Source: an uncultured virus (IMG/VR IMGVR_UViG_3300050134_000033) (taxonomy: Duplodnaviria; Heunggongvirae; Uroviricota; Caudoviricetes). From it: a stretch of DNA of 64,000 nt. The position numbers and the translations under genes were made by a program. Below the pieces are notes generated by a model, which searched no databases, was not told the origin of the DNA, and saw only the letters and a program-made list of their open reading frames with translations. The stretch lies in the IMG/VR virus record IMGVR_UViG_3300050134_000033. The stretch is one strand, 5' to 3'. Below, in pieces: positions 55,369-64,000 of the stretch (position 1 is the stretch's first letter; each line of letters starts with the position of its first letter).

Positions 55369-56509
55369 TTTATTTACTTTGAATTGAGGCGGTTGAGACG
55401 GGGCGGGCTTTTACCTCAAATGGAGCGGCGAAAAGCTGCTTGCTGACGGATTTGGCGGTCAGGTTGGGTAGGCGGACGGCTTTGCTGACATCGGAGCCAA
55501 ACTTAAAGCTGGCGACCGTCAGACCATCCCATTCGATGGCGGTGACGTACATGGTAGCCGTCTTGGAGGCTTCCTTGCGGCTTGTAGCGGCTATGGCGAT
55601 CACGTACTGAGCCGATGCACCCTTGGAATTCGCTCTATTAAGCTCGGACGTGTAGGAATCGCTTTCCCCATAGTCTGGACGCCTACGGAGCCCTGTCGTC
55701 GCTCCAGCGTCGTCCTGCATGGGCTGGCGTGCCTGTTTAGGGGCTTCTTCGCCTCCAACCCGGTGTTCAAGGAGGGGATTGCCCTCGATCTCGTCGTGGT
55801 GGTTCCCCGGGGCGGACTTGACGGTAGGTCCCATAGCCTCGTGGGGCATGTTGTGCCCGCTGAGGTAGGGCTGCTTTTCCTTGGCTGGCGGCGGGGAGAA
55901 ATCGTGACGGTGTTTCCACCCGATGGAGTGCCGATGGCTGTTTTCGTACTGGTCGCAGATCGTGCACCGCTCGTCCGTTGGCTTCTTGGGGTAGTTCTGG
56001 GTGGGGATGACGTGATCCCCCGGGCCTGCCGCCTCTTTGGGGATGAAATAGTAGCCGTCGTCGGTTGCTGTAAAGACTCGTTCCATGGGGTCCTATAAAA
56101 GAGACCCGAATTCGGGATTATCCCTTGGCTAGTTCTCGAACGGCTTGGTCGTACTCGGCTGGGATGACATCTATGGGGTAAAGCTGACCATCAGATTCCC
56201 GCTCGTCAAGCCACGATTCGGCCTGATCCTTGATGAAAATCTGCTTGTAGGCGTCGATGCGTTTACGGACTTCGCGCACGTCCTCAACGATCTTGAAGAC
56301 GCAGGTTTCCTTACCGCCGCCCGTGCCGTCATCAGGGCAGGTAACCCAGCCCATCTGCATCATCTGGTAAAACATGTCATGGGAGTTGATTTCAGGGACA
56401 AGATCGCCGAGATGCTTCCTGCGAATCTCGATAACTTCGGCCATGAGTTGGTCATACGTCAGCGTCAGACCATCAAGATGAGCGAACGCGGTTTTGAAGC
56501 TGAATCCCA

Positions 56510-57118
56510 TTAGGCTATGTCCTCATCATCGGCGATGAACGGTGTCGGCTTTGCCCCACTCGGATTTGGGTTCGGGTCAACGGGCAGTGGCGTGATTTTA
56601 ACCGACTTCGGTTGAGTGATGACCTCTTTGTCTTCGGCGGGTTTCGGAAGCACACCCTTAAACGTGAGCCACTCGATCTCCCGAGGGGATAACGGAGAAG
56701 GCGGTTCGTCCCCGGGCTTCCAGTTACCACGATGATTCGGCAGCTTGTTGAGGTCCTTGGGGCGGGTGCCGAGAAGGACCCAGATGGAAGTCTGGAGGTA
56801 GTTCAGAAGGTTCCAGATCGCCTGAGAGATATGCGGCTCACTGCGGTCACCTGAGATATGGGCGGTGATGTGATTCAACGCACTGTGAAGGAAGTCGATG
56901 AGAGGCATCCCGTTTTCCCAATTACGGTCGTTGCCATCCCCTGTCTTGCTGCGTCCCTTGTTGCCTAGCTCATAAATGTTGGAGACGCAGAACACGGCGT
57001 CCCAAGGCATCCAGTGGAAAGCTCCCTTGCCCGAACGACTATCGCGTTGGGCTCCGGTGCTGTATTGGGTTTCTGCGGCGGCGGTTTTCTTGAAGTTTAC
57101 GTCTTGCGGTGCGCTCAT
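56510..57118 (-). CDS. dATP/dGTP diphosphohydrolase (DUF5664) domain protein
   Basis: TGAQRD...GKG.FHWMP...YELG...RNWENGMP...SA..H...H...A.WN. Confidence 0.75.
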   Translation of the reverse strand: MSAPQDVNFKKTAAAETQYSTGAQRDSRSGKGAFHWMPWDAVFCVSNIYELGNKGRSKTGDGNDRNWENGMPLIDFLHSALNHITAHISGDRSEPHISQAIWNLLNYLQTSIWVLLGTRPKDLNKLPNHRGNWKPGDEPPSPLSPREIEWLTFKGVLPKPAEDKEVITQPKSVKITPLPVDPNPNPSGAKPTPFIADDEDIA

Positions 57119-57138
57119 ACAGCTTAATACCGCAGGAA

Positions 57139-57528
57139 TTAGTCGGCGTCGATCAATTCTTTTGCTTTCGCGACAAATTCTTTCGGGTCCCAATAGCCGT
57201 TGAATGCGCCACTGCACACCAGTTCGGCGGTCGGTGATATGCCGTAGGGTCGGGTGATCTTGAACCCGAGGGAATCGACTTTCTGCTCTTCCCAATCGCG
57301 GGCGGTCGGCACCCAGCCACAATCTTTCAGGATATGGATGATGGCAGCTTTACGGGCCTGATTACCCCACAGGTTTCCACATTCGTCAACGCCCCGCCAG
57401 TGGTGTCGGGCGAAGCGGTGCAGCGGTCCATACTGGCGGAACTTTTCGTCCAGCCAGTGGTTGACCTGTTCAAAGCGGTTACCAAGCAGCCGCTCGCAGT
57501 CTCGACAGTGTTCTTCGAATGCCGCCAT
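57139..57528 (-). CDS. DUF6915-like His-rich phage protein
   Basis: HWLDE, HRFARHH..G, HIL.DCG.VPT..DW. Confidence 0.55.
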   Translation of the reverse strand: MAAFEEHCRDCERLLGNRFEQVNHWLDEKFRQYGPLHRFARHHWRGVDECGNLWGNQARKAAIIHILKDCGWVPTARDWEEQKVDSLGFKITRPYGISPTAELVCSGAFNGYWDPKEFVAKAKELIDAD

Positions 57529-58096
57529 TTAGTCGGAACTTCCGCCGCCGTCCCCACCACCATCGCCGCCAGAATCCCCACCCGAATCACTCGGGCTGGA
57601 ATCGCTCGGTGTCGAAGGCTCAGACGATGGCTCAACGGTGTTTTCTGGCTCCACGGACTGGTTCTCGATGTCGGTCTGGTTCTCGGTCTGCCATGCAGAC
57701 TCAGTTTCAGGCACGTCGGTGTCGGTCTCGGCGATCTCTTCGTTTTCCTGCTCAACAACCTCGTCCTCATCGGGCTCAGTAACTTTTGCCCACTGCCCGC
57801 CAGATGGCAACACATAGCCAGTCAACGGGGGAGGGGTGGAATACGAATAGCGGGAGTTATCGGTCATCATCCAGTAGTAGATGTACCAGTCCCCGCCGTC
57901 GTTCTGATAGGCGTAGCGACCCCGACCGTCCTGCGTGGGCGTGAGAAACTCGCCCTTGACGACGGTATGCTTGCCATGGCGACGGCTGTGGCTGTGTTTG
58001 TCGCCATTGTGGTTGAGGGCGATGGCAGCGATAATGAACACGATGGCAACCGCCACAAGGACGAATATGAGCCCCGTATTCCCTTGTCCGCGTTGT

Positions 58097-58612
58097 TTAT
58101 TGGTGTGCATGTTCTTGCTCCTGTGTTGGGTGTGTGACCCGCCAAATCAACGCCATCAGCAGGGCCGAAAGCAGCGCCATGCCATGAATAGCCATTCGGT
58201 GGACGATCAGGGTCCATTCCACCTTTTCGATGTTGACGAAATCCTTCAAAATCTGGATCAAGGTGATGCCCGCAATCGACTGTGCGGTCTTGACCTTGAG
58301 CAGCCCGGAGTCGATATGGTCGAGCCACTGTGCCCGTTCATCTTCGTGCGGCAGTTCGAACTTGTGGATGAAAATCTGGTGCCCGCCCTGCACGATCATG
58401 ATAATCAGGTTGGCGACCATTGCCGCATCCACGAAGCCGAGGAGCAGCACCATCAGGGATTCCATTTCCCACGTGAACTGATGCACAATGAACACATAGT
58501 CGTTCCGCAGGAAGGCGATCACGTACATCAGCAGCACCGCCAGCAGCCCGAGTTCAATCGGGAATAGAATCCAGCGAGTGGCGTAAACGAATTTTCCGAG
58601 GAACTTTCTCAT
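58097..58612 (-). CDS. yqhA: UPF0114/YqhA family membrane protein
   Basis: TRW.L.P..LGL, VD..MVANL.IMI..GG..IF, WLDHIDSG.LKVK.A.SI. Confidence 0.8.
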   Translation of the reverse strand: MRKFLGKFVYATRWILFPIELGLLAVLLMYVIAFLRNDYVFIVHQFTWEMESLMVLLLGFVDAAMVANLIIMIVQGGHQIFIHKFELPHEDERAQWLDHIDSGLLKVKTAQSIAGITLIQILKDFVNIEKVEWTLIVHRMAIHGMALLSALLMALIWRVTHPTQEQEHAHQ

Positions 58613-58894
58613 GGCGTTGTCAAAAAATCCAGATAGTCGGCGGTCAATTCAGGCCCAGACTTCGGTTGATTCTCGGGCGGCAAGGTTTTGAGCAACTCAA
58701 TGTACCTAGTCGCCTGCCGCGAATGGAAGGCGTCGAGAATCCGACGCTGTTCATCCGCTGCGCGGTCTGCGTTGCTTCGCCAAGTTCGTCCTGCGATTGG
58801 TTTGCTCATGGCTTCAATAAAGGCAACAGGGCGATCATGATAATGAAACAGACCGACCCGAGGATCAGGTTGAGTTTGATGTTGAAGTTCATGG

Positions 58895-59422
58895 CTATTT
58901 GCAACCCTCGGGCAGGAAGCACCCGTAGAACTTGAACGACTCCTGAAAGGCGTTCATCTTATCGAAGTCAAGCTGCTCGGCAGTTCTATCGGAACCGAAG
59001 ATGATCTGGTAGAACTTGTTGCCCTTGGCGGTGATCCAGTTCGCCATCTTGTGCTGCACCCCACCCTCCGTCACACGCACCATGCGAAGGACGGCATATT
59101 GCCCATCAATCTCCAGATCGTTTTTGCTCATGTAGATTTCGCCCTTCTGCGAGTTAGCGAGCGCGATAAGGCGATCCTTGGTGATGTCGCGGTCGTAGGT
59201 GGTCACTTCGACGATGTAATCGCCCTGTGAGTCGGTGCCTGCGTAGGCTGTCGTAGTGAAAGGGAAGCCGTCAGCCGTTGTGCCACTCGACGTATCCACC
59301 TGCCCGAATTTCGCTGTGGGTGCGGTTATTTGGAAACCATCGCGGGCGGATTTGAACGTGGTGGTCTGAGCTACGGCTGCTACCGAAGCCAGAAGTACGA
59401 GAGCGATCAGAGTGTTTTTCAT
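58895..59422 (-). CDS. Secreted PsbP-like protein
   Basis: Signal peptide, IDGQYA, GNKFYQI, AFQESFKF. Confidence 0.5.
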   Translation of the reverse strand: MKNTLIALVLLASVAAVAQTTTFKSARDGFQITAPTAKFGQVDTSSGTTADGFPFTTTAYAGTDSQGDYIVEVTTYDRDITKDRLIALANSQKGEIYMSKNDLEIDGQYAVLRMVRVTEGGVQHKMANWITAKGNKFYQIIFGSDRTAEQLDFDKMNAFQESFKFYGCFLPEGCK

Positions 59423-59501
59423 AGTGGTTTCCCCTTGTTGATTTTTGATACCGTTGGGGGAGGTTACCCTCCCCCATTCCGCCAGTGGAGCGGCGGTCAA
59501 C

Positions 59502-60122
59502 TTATTTCGGGCCTGCCTGCTGGCTCGTAGTGCCTTGCGGCTTGAGCAGGTTCAGGGGCTCGGACTTGTGGTTCTGGAAGTCCGTCTGAGTTTTGTCGCT
59601 GGTGACGATCTGATAGTCGTCAGCCGAGCCAGCGGGGACACCGCAGCGAATGTGTGGGTAGCCGCCGATCATGTTGTAGATACGTCCCTCGGTCGTCGCC
59701 GTAATCAGCTTGCTGTATGACTGCTTGTAGGCGATGATCTGCGTCTGGGACGCTTGAAATTCGTTGTGGAAGGTCTCGATGGTCTGCTGAATCTTCGTGT
59801 ACAACGCAGGATCGAGCGTCGGGTTCTGCTCCTTGATGAACTGAAGCATCGCCTGAGAGCCGTTGGCTCCGTAGCGACCCTTCATCACACCGTCGTAAAC
59901 GTCTTTGTAAGCGGCCTGTTGCATCGCGGGAACCTGAGCGGTCTCCACGACCTTCTTCCAGCCGTTGTCATAGGCGTTCTGCATCTGCGTGTACTGAGCG
60001 GGAATGTCCGCCTCAAAGGTCCGAGCGTCGTTCGACCAACCCATATAGCCGAAGAACAGCTCGCCAACGACAAGCACCAAAATCAGAGCTAGTGCGGCAG
60101 CAACTAAATCAAATGTTTTCAT
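59502..60122 (-). CDS. LemA-like membrane-anchored phage protein
   Basis: N-terminal TM helix; E.AQVP, GRYG..GS.AM.QFIKEQNP. Confidence 0.55.
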   Translation of the reverse strand: MKTFDLVAAALALILVLVVGELFFGYMGWSNDARTFEADIPAQYTQMQNAYDNGWKKVVETAQVPAMQQAAYKDVYDGVMKGRYGANGSQAMLQFIKEQNPTLDPALYTKIQQTIETFHNEFQASQTQIIAYKQSYSKLITATTEGRIYNMIGGYPHIRCGVPAGSADDYQIVTSDKTQTDFQNHKSEPLNLLKPQGTTSQQAGPK

Positions 60123-60171
60123 ACCTTCTCCTCGAAACTATATTTTACAGCAACAGCAAACTTTGTGCAAC

Positions 60172-61316
60172 TCAATACCGACCGTACTTGAACCGAGCCG
60201 CGTAGCGACGGTGGCCCCAAGCGTCATCGCCCAGATCGTCTTCGCCGAGATCAGCCATAACCGCCCATACCGAAAGACCGATGGATATGAGTGCGGCGAG
60301 GATGAAAATGACAATCATGGAAGTGCCCGAAGGCTGGAAGGACCGCATGAGAAACTTCATGTCCTTCATGTGCATTCGCACGAATTCGGCGATGATGGTA
60401 TCGTTGATGGCGTTCACCAAGTCGTCTTTTTCTGGAGATCGCCGATAGTTTGAAGCTGGTCCCGTAGATCAACCGCCATGGCTTTGTTGGTAGACCAACT
60501 CATTACGTCGGCAAAGTCGATGGTCTTGCCGTCCTTGGAGCCGATCACCACGTCCACGTCGTTCTTCTTGCCGCCTATCCACGCATCCTTGAGAGCCAGC
60601 ATGTAGGCGCGGTCATCGGTAGGCACCAGAATCACGATGATATGAACCTGCTTTTTAGGTCCGAGAGTCTTGTTTTTCTCGCGGATCAGCCAGTTCCACG
60701 TATCGAGACTGACGTTCGGAACGCCCATGTTGATGACGGGGTTGTTGTAGTAATAGTTGTAAATCTCCGAGGGGTACGGAGGGATCATAGCCTTGAACCG
60801 TACAACGTCGCCCTTGGTGCCGAGCAGTACGCTGTCGGGATTGGCCTTGATGTAATTCGTGAACTCATGCTGTGACGCCCACGGTTCGCCGAGGTACGCC
60901 GAGCCCCATCGGGGCGGCATACCGAGTCCCTGACGGTCGATGGTGTCGATGCTCGTGCTCTCGCCTGTGGAAGCATACACGTCCCAATCCACGTCATAGC
61001 GATGCTCGTAGCACGTATCGCAGTGCTCAGTGCAAGATCGATTGCTGCCCGACCCACTGCATGTTGTGTGGCAGTTGCAGGAATAGGAATGGCGGCAGCT
61101 TACCTCATTTCGCTTCTTCTCTGTCACCTGACCGTTCCAGACTTCGGTGTCCGATGTACGACTGTTATACGCGATGCCCAGACCGATGCCGACGAACAGA
61201 GCGACCACGCCGACCTGTGCGGCAAATTCCCAGAACAATATCTTGCCCTTGAACACCAGCAAAGTTGCGAGGGCGATCAAAATCGGGAAGATCATCAGGA
61301 GCAGAAAATTAAGCAC
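60172..61316 (-). CDS. Membrane protein with a Cys-rich segment, split by a frameshift at about 60425
   Basis: TM helices, SC.HSYSCNC...CDTCYEH.YD.DW and W.GGKKND. The C-terminal TM is in the other frame after GAAAAAG. Confidence 0.65.
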
Positions 61317-61676
61317 TGTGAGCCTCCGACAGTTCTGGAGTAGTAGCCTTCGGCGCTTCCCCGGCAACCTGAATGGGTTCGAACATGGGTGTGGTGAGGG
61401 GTGGTAACGGGTCAAATATGTCCGCGTTGCCTTCGACGAATTTCTTGACATCGGACGCCTTGAGGCCGAACTCACTCGACTCCGATTCCTTGGGCTGGTT
61501 GTAATGAATCTCTGGATCGAGATACTCTTCGCGGAAGAACCGTTCCCGCACACCCTTGACATCCCAATTCGGGTACGTCAAGGTCTCGCCGCCCGGGAGA
61601 CGGAATTCAGTTTCCAATTCCCCTATGCGGTACTTGAAAGTTTTCCCGAATGCCGATAGCTGCTTAAGAGCACCCT

Positions 61677-62573
61677 TCATGCTGTGGTCCCCTTTCGATG
61701 ATCTGGAATCCGCGTAACCATGTCATCTTCCCAATGGATAGGGATCATGGTTCGCAGGTAATGACGCTCGCGTGTGAACACGGGAGTGCCTTCATCCATG
61801 AACCAATTGCTTTTCTCAGGCTTCGGAGCCTCCGAAGAAACCAACCCCGAAAAATTCCGAGGCACGAACGCGGGGTGAGCTACGGGGACTGGCGAATAGT
61901 CAACCGCCTGACGGCGAATGATGCCGCCATGCTTGAAGCGAGCGGGATGCTTTTCCCAATTGTCGCCCGCCGCGTGAATGATCTCGTGCTGAGCGGACTG
62001 ATTCTTGCCGTGCAGTTGCTTGTGCGAGGCGTGAGCCCGAGCCAGCATCATGACCGAGTTCCGCACTGCGTCCTGCTGACGCCACACGAAGTAGTTCTCG
62101 ACTTCAACGTGGTCTGGAATCGTCCAGACGCGGGCGTCGAACGTGGCGACTGGCAATTTCTTGGTGATAAGGAGTTCGTTCTCGGTCGGGTTCGACCCCT
62201 TGAGCTTCATCAATTCTGAGTTGAACGTCATGGTCGCGATGGCGGCGGCGACCGAGCACCATTTCTGCACCAGTCCATCGAACCATGCTTGGGTGCCGAT
62301 CTCAAGGAAATCCACGGCAAGTAGGCTGATCTCGTCACTCTGGACGAAAGCGAACTGTGCCCCCGCGATCTCTTCGCACAGAGCGATTGCGGTCTTGTCC
62401 ATCAGGTCCATCAAGAACGTATCGTAAGGTTTTGCGAGTCCCCGCGTCCATGTGTGGAATGCTCGCCCGTCAACACGGATGAGGGTGTAGGTGCGTGGGG
62501 GAAGTTTGTAGCGGGTGATGTCTTCATACCGCTTCATGCGGTCGCCGAGAGCGTCTCTTCGTTGGATAGTCAT
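61677..62573 (-). CDS. tRNA(His) guanylyltransferase Thg1-like protein
   Basis: RMKRYE, IRVDGRAFH, QSDEISL, FDARV, YFVWRQQDA.RNS. Confidence 0.93.
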   Translation of the reverse strand: MTIQRRDALGDRMKRYEDITRYKLPPRTYTLIRVDGRAFHTWTRGLAKPYDTFLMDLMDKTAIALCEEIAGAQFAFVQSDEISLLAVDFLEIGTQAWFDGLVQKWCSVAAAIATMTFNSELMKLKGSNPTENELLITKKLPVATFDARVWTIPDHVEVENYFVWRQQDAVRNSVMMLARAHASHKQLHGKNQSAQHEIIHAAGDNWEKHPARFKHGGIIRRQAVDYSPVPVAHPAFVPRNFSGLVSSEAPKPEKSNWFMDEGTPVFTRERHYLRTMIPIHWEDDMVTRIPDHRKGTTA

Positions 62574-62586
62574 AGACTCGGTGTCT

Positions 62587-62618
62587 ATTCTACCAGAGAG
62601 ATCGGATTTTTGGCTAGG
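62587..62618 (-). promoter_or_regulatory. Recurrent phage promoter (Thg1)
   Basis: CCTAGC-N20-TAGAAT. Confidence 0.75.
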
Positions 62619-63826
62619 AATTAAACAAATATGCGAGGGTCAGGGTATCTTCGTCTAAAACCTTGAATCCTAACAGGTTAGCGGTAGAGTTCACTATGCC
62701 GGCCTCTTGCAGCCGCTCGAAGACTGGGAAGAACGCTTCGAGGATGGAGAAAACCTGCATCCGTGGTAGGAGGACGCAAACGTCTTCGACGAACGGCGGC
62801 TTGACGCTGTAGATTTGCTGCAACATCAGGGAGCGGATATGCTTGGGGTCGTCGGTCAGAAAACTCAAACGAATCTTGGCGTACTCATCTTTGAACGGGT
62901 AGACTTCGGGCCATTTGACCTGAAGTGGGGAGGGGATAACCGTCAGTGCGACTGATTCGCTAACCAAGGATGTCCTCCACCAACCGACTGATGGCGGAAT
63001 CGTTCAACGAGGTCCGTTTTGGAGTCTGGGCTGCTGGTTGAGCGGGCTGGGCTGGTGCCGCTGGTGGAGTTTCCACGGGAACTTGGGGCTCGGCTGGGGT
63101 CGGTACACCCGGTTGAGTTGCTGGTTCCGACCGTTGCACCTTCTTCTTGATCTCGGTGGGGGACACGTTCTTACCGCCCACCTTCTCCAGAAAGTCGTCA
63201 ACCCAAGAGTCCGATGACGCCAGAGCTACGTGCGAGAATGAGTGCATGGTGACTGTGGGGCGATAGCTGGCACTGAAGAAATACCCACGACGAGTACCCT
63301 CGCCGCCCGAACCCGCGTAGGCGAAATATTCATCCTTCAGTCTAATCCCCGATCCTGTTAGAGCGTAGATTGTGTCTGAAGAGATGGGAATGGCGACGGC
63401 TACCTCGCCGATTTGCACGTCCTGCTCGGCGATCTCATCTTCAGAATCCGAAGCGATGGCTTCGCGGGCGGCGTCGAGGATTTGTGGGTCGCTGGATAAT
63501 CCGTAGAGACAAAGGTCAAGCCCCGTGACAGCATCGCGGTCGAGGGTCTCTAAAAGCTCCAACCCTTCGCGGAGCTTGAGTGCCTGATCTTCGGAAATGT
63601 CGAGATAACGTTCCATGGGACCCCTACTAAAGGGTTCAGATACGAAGTTTCCGGAAGAAGTTGCGGAACATGCTATCGATAATCACATCAAACATGTCTT
63701 TTTCGCCATCACGAGTGGAAAGTCGTAATTGGCAAACGTCAGGCGGGATGTTGACAGTGACGGTCTCGCCTCGGTTGAGACGGTCCAACATCTCGGGGGT
63801 GATCTTCGCTTTGGCTACTTTTTTCT

Positions 63827-64000
63827 TCATCGCCCTGTACTCCCAAAGCCATCCGCCTTCCGAGAAGACTCGGGAAGCTCGGCTACCTCGATCATACCAC
63901 AGTGAGTCAGCACGGGGATGGGGACCATCTGGGCGATCTTGCTCCCCGCAGGAATGAAAGCAGGGTCGTCCGTGAAGTTGGCGAGCATTACCATGATCTC
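63827..64000 (-). CDS. dut: dUTPase, C-terminal part (runs off the window)
   Basis: EIMVMLAN...GSKIAQMV...RKADGFGSTG (motifs IV and V). Confidence 0.88.
   Translation of the reverse strand, partial: EIMVMLANFTDDPAFIPAGSKIAQMVPIPVLTHCGMIEVAELPESSRKADGFGSTGR

Overview
This window is part of a large (jumbo-like) phage genome. Almost all real genes are on the minus strand, and no structural or replicase genes are present. Two Acidobacteriota-style secreted proteins hint at the host. Most ORFs are short hypotheticals. Recognisable genes: a truncated tyrosine recombinase, Pth2-like hydrolase, Ku, DUF2779 nuclease, several HNH/GIY-YIG/EndoVII endonucleases, ADP-ribosylglycohydrolase, methionine aminopeptidase, fatty-acid hydroxylase, a Pol-beta nucleotidyltransferase, an RNA-ligase-like protein, NAD-dependent LigA, an HD hydrolase, DUF5664, YqhA, Thg1 and the end of a dUTPase. 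There are two tRNA arrays: Trp/His/Arg/Asn/Gln/Lys at 23.6-30.3 kb and Ser/Leu/Ile at 43.8-45.1 kb. The main finding is that each array is preceded by a promoter, a short leader-peptide ORF whose codons match the tRNAs downstream, an antiterminator and an intrinsic terminator. This looks like ribosome-mediated attenuation that switches on phage tRNA synthesis when those host tRNAs are depleted. The arrays also contain anticodon-less and D-armless tRNA-like RNAs and long-variable-arm duplicates. A recurrent (C/G)CTANC-N20-TAKWAT promoter drives mostly leaderless genes, and several structured intergenic RNAs lie near 5.8-7.0 kb. All calls were made by eye from motifs and base-pairing; no database search was run.
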